Below, piece after piece: positions 27,446 through 37,477 of a DNA stretch of 51,624 bases. The stretch comes from Chiloscyllium plagiosum (Eukaryota), in the NCBI RefSeq assembly GCF_004010195.1, contig NW_025215030.1, positions 1 to 51,624 of the forward strand, read 5' to 3'. Both the position numbers and the translations under genes were made by a program. The notes below the pieces were generated by a model, which did no database searches, was not told where the DNA came from, and saw only the letters and a program-made list of their open reading frames with translations. Every line of letters begins with the position of its first letter. Position 1 is the first letter of the stretch.

Positions 27446-30400
27446 GGAGACCCTGTGTATAATATAGTGAATAGCAGCTCCTGTGTGTATTATAGTGATG
27501 ATCAGTCTCTGTGTGTATTATAGTGATGATCAGTCCCTGTGTGTATTATAGTGAACAGCAGTCCCTGTGTTTATTATAGTGAACAGCAGTCCCTGTGTAT
27601 ATTATAGAGAACGCAGTCCCTGTGTATATTATAGAGAACAGCAGTCCCTGAGTATATTATAGTGAACAGCAGTCCCTGTGTATATTATAGAGAACAGCAG
27701 TCCCTGTGTGTATTGTAATGAACAGCAGTCCCTGTGTTTATTATAGAGAAGAGCAGTCCCTGTGTATATTATAGTGAACAGCAGTCCCTGTGTATATTAT
27801 AGAGACAGCAGTCCCTGTGTTTATTATAGAGAAGAGCAGTCCCTGTGTATATTATAGTGAACAGCAGTCCCTGTGTATATTATAGACAACAGCAGTCCCT
27901 GTGTGTATTACACTGAACAGCAGTCCCTGTGTTTATTATAGAGAAGAGCAGTCCCTGTGTATATTATAGTGAACAGCAGTCCCTGTGTATATTATAGAGA
28001 ACAGCAGTCCCTGTGTGTATTACACTGAACAGCAGTCCCTGTGTATAATAGAGAGAACAGCAGTCCCTGTGTATATTATAGTGAACAGCAGTCCCTGTGT
28101 GTATTATAGAGAGCAGCAGTCCCTGTGTATATTATAGAGAATAGCAGTCCCTGTGTATATTATAGTGAACAGCAGTCCCTGTGTGTATTATAGTGAACAG
28201 CAGTCCCTGTGTATATTATACAAAACAGCAGTCCCTGTGTGTATTGTAGAGAGCAGCAGTCCCTGTGTGTATTATAGAGAACAGCAGTCCCTGCGTGTCT
28301 TATAGAGAACAGCAGTCCCTGTGTGTATTATACAGAACAGCAGCCCTGTGTATATTACAGAGAACAGCAGTCCCTGTGTACTGAATAGAGAGCAGCAGTC
28401 CCTGTGTATATTATAAAGAGCAGCAGTCCCTGTGTGTAATATGGAGAATAGCAGTCCCTGTGTGTATTGTAGAGAATAGCAGTCCGTGTGTATATTATAA
28501 AGAGCAGCAGTCCCTGTGTGTAATATGGAGAATAGCAGTCCCTGTGTATATTATAGAGAATAGCAGTCCCTGTGTATATTACAGACAATAGCAGTCTCTG
28601 TGTGATTTGTAGAGAATAGCAGTCCCTGTGGAAATTGCAGACAATAGCAGTCCCTGTGTGATTTGTAGAGAATAGCAGTCCCTGTGTGTATTACAGTGAA
28701 CAGCAGTCCCTGTGTGTATTATACAAAACAGCAGTCCCTGTGTGTATTATATAGAACAGCAGTCCCTGTGTATATTACAGTGAACAGCAGTCCCTGTGTA
28801 TATTATAGTGAACAGCAGTCCCTGTGTGTATTATACAGAGCAGCAGTCCCTGTGTATATTATAGAGAACAGCAGTCCCTGTGTGTATTATAGTGAACAGC
28901 AGTCCCTGTGTGTATTATAGTGAACAGCAGTCCCTGTGTATATTATAGTGAACAGCAGTCCCTGTGTATATTATACTGNNNNNNNNNNNNNNNNNNNNNN
29001 NNNNNNNNNNNNNNNNNNNNNNNNNNNNNNNNNNNNNNNNNNNNNNNNNNNNNNNNNNNNNNNNNNNNNNNNNNNNNNNNNNNNNNNNNNNNNNNNNNNN
29101 NNNNNNNNNNNNNNNNNNNNNNNNNNNNNNNNNNNNNNNNNNNNNNNNNNNNNNNNNNNNNNNNNNNNNNNNNNNNNNNNNNNNNNNNNNNNNNNNNNNN
29201 NNNNNNNNNNNNNNNNNNNNNNNNNNNNNNNNNNNNNNNNNNNNNNNNNNNNNNNNNNNNNNNNNNNNNNNNNNNNNNNNNNNNNNNNNNNNNNNNNNNN
29301 NNNNNNNNNNNNNNNNNNNNNNNNNNNNNNNNNNNNNNNNNNNNNNNNNNNNNNNNNNNNNNNNNNNNNNNNNNNNNNNNNNNNNNNNNNNNNNNNNNNN
29401 NNNNNNNNNNNNNNNNNNNNNNNNNNNNNNNNNNNNNNNNNNNNNNNNNNNNNNNNNNNNNNNNNNNNNNNNNNNNNNNNNNNNNNNNNNNNNNNNNNNN
29501 NNNNNNNNNNNNNNNNNNNNNNNNNNNNNNNNNNNNNNNNNNNNNNNNNNNNNNNNNNNNNNNNNNNNNNNNNNNNNNNNNNNNNNNNNNNNNNNNNNNN
29601 NNNNNNNNNNNNNNNNNNNNNNNNNNNNNNNNNNNNNNNNNNNNNNNNNNNNNNNNNNNNNNNNNNNNNNNNNNNNNNNNNNNNNNNNNNNNNNNNNNNN
29701 NNNNNNNNNNNNNNNNNNNNNNNNNNNNNNNNNNNNNNNNNNNNNNNNNNNNNNNNNNNNNNNNNNNNNNNNNNNNNNNNNNNNNNNNNNNNNNNNNNNN
29801 NNNNNNNNNNNNNNNNNNNNNNNNNNNNNNNNNNNNNNNNNNNNNNNNNNNNNNNNNNNNNNNNNNNNNNNNNNNNNNNNNNNNNNNNNNNNNNNNNNNN
29901 NNNNNNNNNNNNNNNNNNNNNNNNNNNNNNNNNNNNNNNNNNNNNNNNNNNNNNNNNNNNNNNNNNNNNNNNNCCCTGTGTGTATTATATAGAACAGCAG
30001 TCCCTGTGTATATTACAGTGAACAGCAGTCCCTGTGTATATTATAGTGAACAGCAGTCCCTGTGTGTATTATAGAGAGCAGCAGTCCCTGTGTATATTAT
30101 AGTGAACAGCAGTCCCTGTATGTATTATAGAGAGCAGCAGTCCCTATGTGTATTATAGAGAATATCAGTCCCCATGTATATTGTAGAGAATATCAGTCCC
30201 CATGTATATTACAGAGAATAGCTGTCCCTGTGTATATTATAGAGAACAGCAGTCCCTATGTGTATTATAGAGAGCAGCAGTCCCTGTGTTCATATTATTG
30301 AGAACAGCAGTCCCTGTCAATATTATAGAGAGCAGCAGTCCCTTTATATATTAAAGAGAATTGCAGTCCCTGTGTATATTATAGAGAACAGCAGACCCTG

Positions 30401-30700
30401 TGTATATCATAGAGAATAGCTGTTCCTGTGTATATTATAGTGAATAGCAGTCCCTGTGTACAGAATAGAGAGCAGCAGTCCCTGTGTGTAATATGGAGAA
30501 TAGCAGTCCCTGTGTGTATTATAGAGAGCAGCAGTCCCTTTATATATTAAAGAGAATTGCAGTTCCTGTGTATATTATAGAGAACAGCAGACCCTGTGTA
30601 TATTATAGAGAATAGCTGTCCCTGTGTATATTATAGTGAACAGCAGTCCCTGTGTGTGTTATAGAGAACAGCCATCTCTTTATATATTGTAGAGAATAGC
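27446..30700. repeat. Diverged 28-bp satellite, mostly type B, interrupted by an assembly gap
   Basis: CAGCAGTCCCTGTGTRTATTATAGWGAA units lie on both sides of the N run, becoming more degenerate towards 30700. Confidence 0.95.
28979..29973. other. Assembly gap (N run)
   Basis: 995 N bases inside the satellite. Confidence 0.99.
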
Positions 30701-31254
30701 ACCCAATGTATTTTAGTGCACTTTAGAAACATGTTCCGGAGTGTGGACTGTGGTGTTACTATGTGTTAGGGGAAATTTTTTTCCAGTCTCGGTTTCAGAG
30801 ACATGTCAATGTTTCCGAAATCAGCAATCTGACGCCTCATACCCAGCGATGATGCTTTTGGGTATTTTAAGGTCAGGACAGTCTGTACCTCACTGACTAT
30901 CACCCACGTGTTCTTCGTCCTGGCACTGTTCACTGCCCTGAACCCTCCACGCCAGTATACTCTTCACAATGTCCTACCGTTGCTACGTTGCACAATTCTC
31001 TCTCTCTCTCTGTGTCTCATCTGTTCCTGAACTTGATGTTGCCATCGGGTGTCTGAGGCAACATTTCTGAAATCTTACATCATTCCGAAAATACCGCAAG
31101 CCAATCATTTATCCGCCTCACTAAACCTATCGCAGTTCCCCTCTTGTGTCTCAATCTCTCTATCTGTTTAATCTGACCCTTGATCTCTCTCTGTCTCTTT
31201 CTCTACCCATCTCACACAATCTGTTGATCTCTGTCTCAGTCTCTTCATCTGTCA

Positions 31255-31382
31255 GAGAGCCACAGAGAAACCCTTCGGTCCAACTCGTCCATGCCGACCA
31301 GATATCCTAAACTAATCTAGTCCCATTTGCCAGCACTTGACCCATATCCCACTAAACCCTTCCTGTTCATATACCCATCCAG
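31255..31382 (-). mobile_element. CR1-clade (HER1-like) LINE 3' terminal fragment
   Basis: The minus strand reads LDGYMNRKGLVGYG followed by a 3' tail GGACGAGTTGGACCGAAGGG, similar to the HE1 SINE tail at 37880-37920. Confidence 0.8.
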
Positions 31383-31640
31383 TTGCATTGAGTACAGGGG
31401 TTGGGAGGTCATGTTGCGGCTGTACAGGACATTGGTTAGGGGCCCCTGTTGGAATATTGTGTTCAATCCCGGTCTCCCCGCTACAGGAAGGATGTTGTGG
31501 AAGGGTTCGGAAAAGATTGACAAGGATGTTGGAGGGTTTGAGCTACAGGGAGAGGCTGGACAGGCTGGGGCTGTTTTCCCTGGGAGCGTCGGAGGCTGAG
31601 GGGGTGACCTTATAGAGGTTTACAAAATCACGAGGGGGGC
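31383..31640 (+). mobile_element. CR1-clade (HER1-like) LINE ORF2 C-terminal fragment, frameshifted
   Basis: Peptides IEYRGWEVMLRLYRTLVR, RVRKRLTRMLEGLSYRERLDRLGLFSL and DLIEVYKITRG are typical of the CR1 ORF2 region downstream of the RT core. Confidence 0.9.
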
Positions 31641-31642
31641 GT

Positions 31643-31890
31643 GGCCCGTCCCGTCCGTGCTGACCCAGATACCCCTAACCTAATCCAGCCCCCATTCCCC
31701 AGCACTTGGCCCATCTCCCTCTAAACCCTTCCTGTTCCTGTCCCCCATCCAGATGCCTTTTAAATGCTGTCATTGTACCAGCCCCCACCACTTCCTCTGG
31801 CAGCTCCTCCCACACACGCACCACCCTCTGGGGGGAAAAAGTTCCCCCTCGGGTCCCTTTTAAATCTTTCTCCTATCACCTTAAACCTAA
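31643..31890 (-). mobile_element. CR1-clade LINE 3' fragment, GC-drifted
   Basis: The minus strand reads ...QRVVRVWEELPEEVVGAGTMTAFKRHLDG... and continues into a tail homologous to 31255-31382. Confidence 0.8.
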
Positions 31891-32110
31891 CTCTTGAGTT
31901 GAGGGGACTCTGTGTTTGAACGTGTTAGTGGGGGGGGGGGGGGGGGGTTTAACTTTCCTCTCCAGGGAGCAGAGCCTTGCCCTGTATCGGACTTACCCCG
32001 GACTACGGTGTCAGAGGGGAGTCCACGCTTTGGGAGGGAGAGGGCAGAGCAAGTCGCGCAGGAGTCCGGAAGGGCCGGGTCTGGGAGGGGACGGGGATTG
32101 TGGGGGTGGT

Positions 32111-32118
32111 GAGGAAGT
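32111..32118 (+). promoter_or_regulatory. PU.1/ETS-type motif GAGGAAGT upstream of GPR84
   Basis: Exact GAGGAAGTG about 180 bp 5' of the likely ATG, with further GGAA cores at ~32146 and ~32173. Mammalian GPR84 is myeloid-expressed. Motif match only. Confidence 0.3.
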
Positions 32119-32293
32119 GGCGCCAGAGATTTCAGCAGCTGGGCAGGAAATGGTGCGGTCACGCGAGTTTGAGGAACACTGGTGGGTAACTCGCTTTTCT
32201 CAAATCGCTCCGCAGACGTTCGGAGAGAGAGAGAGAGAGACATTGGTGTCCCTGCAGTTTCCCCAGGAGCTCACGCCACATCTCCTTGGGTGG

Positions 32294-33424
32294 ATGGAGT
32301 CTAACTGGAGCTGCGACCCATCGCTGTCTGGATACCGCTACTTCGGGGCATCGCTGGGGCTGTCGGTGACCGCGGTGGGAGGCGCGGGGAATCTGCTGAC
32401 CGTCCTGGCTTTCGCGGTGGACCCCCGCCTGAGGAGCCGCTTCAACCTGCTGATCCTGAACCTGACGCTGTCCGACCTGCTCTACTGCGCGTTCCTGCAG
32501 CCCGTGACCGCGGCCAGCTACCTGAGGATGGGCTGGAGGGGGGGCCGCACGGCCTGCCGGGTCTTCGGCCTCCTGCTGTTCACCTCCAACTCCACCTCCA
32601 TCCTCTCGCTGGGGCTGATCGCCGGGGCCCGGTACGCCCTGGTGCGGGGGTTAGGGCGCTCGCGCCGGGCCCTCCGCTGCTGCCCCCGGGGGGTCCTGAT
32701 GCCCGTCCTCCTGGCGGGCACCTGGCTCCTCTCTCTGGCCCTCTTCACCCCTCTCTGGCCCGTCTTTGAGTTTCAGCCGGCTGTCTGCACCTGCAGCTTC
32801 AACCGCGAGACAGGGAGGCCGTACACCAGCGTCCTGATGGTGCTGCTCTTCGGGGTGGGCCTGTCCTCCATTGGCGTCTTCTACTGCCTCCTGGCCAAGA
32901 GGGTGAGCGACGCACGCCGCGCTCTGGACGCGCACCGGCAGCAAAGGACGGCCCCGGGTGAGATCGAGCGCTCCACCGCCTCCTGGCAGTCCGAGGGAGC
33001 TTCGGCGCCCCCTCCTCCGCAACCCCGGGCGGGGGGGTCGGACTCCCACCGCGTCACCCGGATGTGCGTCGCCTCCTTCTGCGTCTTCGTGGCCTGCTAC
33101 CTGCCCTTCTGCCTCCTCAACGTCCTGGACCGCGGCTCCCGGGCTCCGGTGATGGTCCACGCCATCGTTGCCGGCCTCACCTGGCTCAACGGCTGCGTCA
33201 ACCCCTTCCTCTACGCCTTCATGAACCGCCAGTTCTCCCAGGCCTACCGTCGGCTTTTCCACAAGGTGTGGGCATGGTGTGCGCAGCGGAGCCCCAACAT
33301 CCTCAGTCACCGGGCCGTAGACCAATCCGCCAGCGGGCAGATCCTAAGCTCGTCGGGACCTGCAGAAATGACACGGACAACACTTCCCCCAAGTCAACAG
33401 CCGTCTCACTGTTCTACGCAGTAA
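32294..33424 (+). CDS. GPR84: G protein-coupled receptor 84 (class A 7TM, medium-chain fatty acid receptor orthologue), 376 aa, single coding exon
   Basis: Seven hydrophobic helices with GPR84 signatures: NWSC..GYRY, GNLLTVLA, RLRSRFNLLILNLTLSDLLYC.FLQP, CRVFGLLLFTSNS.SIL, ARY in place of DRY (human GRY), VCTCSFNR..GRPY, GLSSIGVFYC, VTRMC, YLPF.LLN.LD, LTWLNGCVNP.LYA.MNRQF.QAY. The start is set at ATG 32294 by alignment to the recalled human N-terminus; stop is TAA 33422-33424. Confidence 0.93.
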   Translation: MESNWSCDPSLSGYRYFGASLGLSVTAVGGAGNLLTVLAFAVDPRLRSRFNLLILNLTLSDLLYCAFLQPVTAASYLRMGWRGGRTACRVFGLLLFTSNSTSILSLGLIAGARYALVRGLGRSRRALRCCPRGVLMPVLLAGTWLLSLALFTPLWPVFEFQPAVCTCSFNRETGRPYTSVLMVLLFGVGLSSIGVFYCLLAKRVSDARRALDAHRQQRTAPGEIERSTASWQSEGASAPPPPQPRAGGSDSHRVTRMCVASFCVFVACYLPFCLLNVLDRGSRAPVMVHAIVAGLTWLNGCVNPFLYAFMNRQFSQAYRRLFHKVWAWCAQRSPNILSHRAVDQSASGQILSSSGPAEMTRTTLPPSQQPSHCSTQ

Positions 33425-33544
33425 AAGGGATTTTTTTTGAGGAGGTTCTAAATCCCTTGTCTGGATATTTCTTCTTAAATTCCTGATTTTAGACATTTTA
33501 TTCTGAAATCCCACGCTTTATTGTAAATCTCCTGCTTATATGTT

Positions 33545-33790
33545 ATTTTTCCTAAATCCCTGCTATACACATTTCCCCCTAAATCCCTTATTGATATAAC
33601 ATTTTCCCAAAATCCCCTGTTGTTACGTTGTTTTCCTAATTCTCATGTTTACCTGTATATGCATTTTCCCTAAATCCCTTATTGATATAATACTTTCAAT
33701 ATATTCCTGTTGATAAATTGTTTCCCTAAATCCCCTGTTGATATATTGTTTTCCAAAATCTCCTGTTGATAATTTGTTTCCCGAAATCCA
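33545..33790. repeat. Degenerate ~30-bp AT-rich tandem repeat in the presumptive GPR84 3' UTR
   Basis: Recurring TTCCCTAAATCCCCTGTTGATATATTGTT-like units, roughly 7-8 of them. Confidence 0.7.
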
Positions 33791-33793
33791 GGC

Positions 33794-34495
33794 ACAATTT
33801 ATCACGGCCAATCCCACCCTAACCTGCACATCCCTGGGCACTACGGGACAATTTAGCACGGCCAATCCCACCCTAACCTGCACATCCCTGGACACTACGG
33901 GGACAGTTTAGCACGGCCAATCCCACCCTAACCCGCACATCCCTGGGCACTACGGGACAATTTAGCACGGCCAATCCACCCTAACCCGCACATCCCCTGG
34001 GCACTACGGGGACAGTTTAGCATGGCCAATCCCACCCTAACCTGCACATCCCCAGACACTACGGGGACAATTTAGCACGGCCAATCCCACCCTAACCTGC
34101 ACATCCCTGGGCACTACGGGGACAATTTAGCACGGCCAATCCCACCCTAACCTGCACGTCTCTGGGCACTACGGGACAATTTAGCACGGCCAATCCCACC
34201 CTAACCCGCACATCCCTGGGCACTACGGGGACAATTTAGTACGGCCAATCCCACCCTAACCTGCACATCCCTGGGCACTACGGGGACAATTTAGCACGGT
34301 CAATCCCACCCTAACCTGCACATCCCTGGGCACTATGGGACAATTTAGCACGGCCAATCCCACCCTAACCCTCACATCCATGGACACTACGGGACAATTT
34401 AGCACGGCCAATCCCACCCTAACCTGCACATCCCTGGGCACTACGGGGACAATTTAGCACGGCCGATCCACCCCGAAACCTGCACATCTTGGGAT
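33794..34495 (-). repeat. 54-55-bp minisatellite, 13 copies, derived from the HE1 SINE body
   Basis: Unit ACAATTTAGCACGGCCAATCCCACCCTAACCTGCACATCCCTGGGCACTACGGG(G) matches 37975-38020 of the HE1 copy (CACTACGGGCAATTTAGCATGACCAATCCACCTGACCTGCACATC). Confidence 0.9.
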
Positions 34496-35159
34496 GCCCA
34501 CTGCCACCGGCCTGGGAAATCCCTTGCTTTGATGTGGAGGGATCCTCTCTCCCGAAGAGGGGGCCCACACCCGCCGGCTGTGTTGCTTTTTCTTGCTTAT
34601 TCCAGTTGTGTGCAGCTGATTGGGAGTCAGACTGTGGAGAGTCAAGGAGCCCCTGTTTATGTTCCACACAGCAAGGAGGGGGGGGGGTGCTTGTCCCCAC
34701 TCCGCACCCCCCCCCCAATATACCTGTGTGCGTGTAAGTCCGTGTGGTGCGTGCGAAGACTCCATTTGCGGATATAGTCGATTCATTATTTCCAGCACCT
34801 GGCATCGTTTAATCTTCCATCCAGAGACTGCTAGTCACTCCAGCCCTTAATTGACTGTCGGGAGAGAGCTGGAGGCCTGTGCACCACACAGCATCCTGAC
34901 TGGTGTGTGAATGATCTCGGGGAGGACTCAGCTGCCTTTGCGATCTTCCCCTCCGTCCGGGTACACCCAGGTCTCCCACTCGGGTCTCAGTGCGGGGCCA
35001 GACATCAGAGCTTTGACTTTCATCGTGTATCATGGTGAATTCTCCTTTACCTGTTGCTGGATTCTCCCCGAATAAACATCGGGTCCTTACGGAAATCTGA
35101 CCTGTGCTTTTCAAATCAAAAAGACCCGCCAACTCTCCGCAATGCAGCCTTTTTGTTGG

Positions 35160-36730
35160 ACCTGGGCTCAGCGTTTATCGCCCCGTCGCTAGTTGCCCTC
35201 TTCCCCCCTCCTTGAGAAGGTGGGGGTGAGCTGCCTTCTTGAACCGCTGCAGTCCCAGCTGCTGTGAGTTGACCCACAATGTCCCTCGGGGAGGGAATTC
35301 CAGGATTCGGACCCTGAAGGAACGGCCGATGTATTTGCATGTCAGGAGAGTGAGGTGCTCGGAGGTAGGGGGTGGGGAGCTCACAGGGGGTGGTGTTCCC
35401 CATGTGTCTGCTGCCCCTCGTAGATCCAGATGGAAGTGGGTGTGGGGTTTCGAAGGTGCTGCCTGAGGATCTTTGGTGAATTTCCGCGGCGCGTCTTGTA
35501 GAGGGGACAGGCAGCTGCTACTGAGCGTCGAGGGGGTGTTGGAGCTCAGCCCAGCATTCCTAATGAGCCTAGCTGCCAGCGATGGGAAGGAGGGAGTGTG
35601 GCAGGTGGGGGAGAGGGGGTCACGATTGAGAGGGAAAAGGGCTGTTCTGTTTCCCCCCCCCTCCCACCCCTCTGGACAGTGTGGAGCTTTTTGAGTGTAT
35701 GTGGGAGCCAGCCCCCCCGCCCCACCCCCCCCATCCGGGTGAGCGGGGAGTGTTCCCTTACCCTCCTGACTCGTGCCTTGTCGATGGTGGGACAGGCTTC
35801 AGGGGAGGGAGGGAGGAGGGGAGTTACTCGCTGCAGGATTCCCAGCCTCTGACCTGCTCTTGTAGCCACAGAGTTGATGTGGGCCTGGCTCCCAGTTCAG
35901 TTTCTGCTCAATGGGAACCCCCAGGATGTTGATAGTGGGGGGGGGAAGGAGATTCAGTGACGGTAACGCCATTGAACGTCAAGGGGGCGATCGTTAGATT
36001 CTCTCTCTCTCTCTCTCGTTGGAGACGGTAACCCCCAGGATGTTGATAGTGGGGGGGGGGAAGGAGATTCAGTGACGGTAACACCATTGAACGTCAAGGG
36101 GGCGATGGTTAGATTCTCTCTCTCGTTGGAAACAGTCAGGTGTGGAGGGGGGATTCAGTGACGGTAACACCATTGAACGTCAAGGGGGCGATGGTTAGAT
36201 TCTCTCTCTCTCTTTCTCTCGTTGGAGACGGTAACCCCCAGGATGTTGATAGTCGGGGGAAGGGGGATTCAGTGACGGTAACGCCATTGAACGTCAAGGG
36301 GGCGATGGTTAGATTCTCTGTCTCTCGTTGGAGATGGTAATCTCCATGATGTTGATAGTGGGGGGGAAGGGGGATTCAGTGACCATAAAGCCATTGAACG
36401 TCAAGGGGGCGATGGTTAGATCCTCTCCCTCATTGGAGACGGTCATAGCCTGGTGTTTGTGGGGCGTGAATGTTACTTTCCCCTCGTCTGCCCAAGCTTG
36501 GCTATTGGCCAGATCTTGCTGCGTTTGGACACGGACTGCCTCAGTGTCTGAGGGAGTGGCGAAGGATATTGTGTAACCTTCAGCGAACATCCCTCACTTT
36601 TGACGTTGCGATGGAGGGGGAAGGTCATTGATGAAGCAGCTGCAGGAGGTTGGGTCTGAGGACACTCCCCTGAGGGACTCCTGCAGAGAGGTCCTGGATC
36701 TCGAGATGACTCACCTCCGAGAACCACCAC
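35160..36730 (-). mobile_element. Decayed non-LTR retrotransposon (CR1/L2 group), RT core through 3' tail
   Basis: Minus-strand peptides CFINDLP, MFAE (degenerate FADD), QQDLANSQAWAD..VTF.PHK.QAMTVSN, RAGQRLGILQRVT and LKKLHTVQ. The 3' tail GGGCAACTAGCGACGGGGCGATAAACGCTG ends near 35165. Confidence 0.85.
35918..36440. repeat. Five tandem ~85-115-bp duplications inside the LINE relic
   Basis: CCATTGAACGTCAAGGGGGCGAT recurs at about 35969, 36084, 36170, 36284 and 36391. Confidence 0.9.
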
Positions 36731-36979
36731 CATCTTCCTCTTGCAAGGTTTCGGTTCAGGGGCTACCACATCACCAACGCCTCCCCCCCACCCCCCAAAG
36801 TGAGGGGGTGATGAATTATCGACCCGCTGCATTCACTGATCCCCAGCAAGCCCCCTCAGTCTGTCCTCGGCTTGCAACAGGGACGTTTAGTGGCTCCCTC
36901 CACCACATCCACTGCTCCCAACGTCACCCTGCGATCCCGACGAACCGGGCCAGGGAGTATTTACAACGCGGGGCGGGGG

Positions 36980-37335
36980 GAAGAGACCCTTCGGCCTGCG
37001 GTTTCCGTTCTGGCCGCTAAACCCCTTCCAATCCCGTCTCCCAGAGCGCGCGTGCTACACCTACTGGAACGGAAGGGAGGTACATCGTAGGAACCGGTGC
37101 CTCTTCCACCCTCTAAGACTGTCCTCACGCTCTGGCAAAACCGAGAAACAAACCCTTTGCCCTTTCCCGGTGCAGATCCCTCTATCCCCTCCCCGTTTGT
37201 GTACCCTTCCACGTGCCTCTTGCCAATGCGGCTCCATTCCCATCGCCCCTTCTGATGGCACATTCTGGGCACCCACTACCCTCTGGGGAGGGGAACGGCC
37301 CTCGCACACCTCCCTTAAACTCTCCCCTGCCCCAT
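36980..37335 (-). mobile_element. Old CR1-clade LINE 3' fragment
   Basis: Minus-strand peptides QRVVGAQNVPSE and KRHVEGYTNGEGIEG, plus a CCCTTCGGCC tail motif near 36988. Boundaries are approximate. Confidence 0.6.
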
Positions 37336-37477
37336 CGAACCAACGACCCGGGGTGGGGGGGGAGAGTCATAAAGATTCTGACCATCCTGCCCTACCCAGG
37401 CCTCTCGTAGATTTGTACGTCTCCCCACTCCCGCTGTCTTTCCCTGGGAAAAAAATGGCAAGGTCTAACAATTGGAA

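Noticed and set aside
28908..30074. Long ORFs spanning N runs (also 39024-42490 and 46649-47188)
   Set aside because: These are artefacts of translating gaps as X.
25405..30700. CRISPR-like constant repeat plus variable segment
   Set aside because: The variable part is only 7 bp and recurrent rather than unique, there are no cas genes, and the context is vertebrate.
31916..32149. Full 502-aa ORF start for the GPCR
   Set aside because: It begins at a non-ATG codon and runs through a poly-G tract. There is no GPR84 similarity before 32294.
32651..33325. 224-aa antisense ORF over GPR84
   Set aside because: It is the expected shadow ORF of a GC-rich coding strand, with no recognisable domain.
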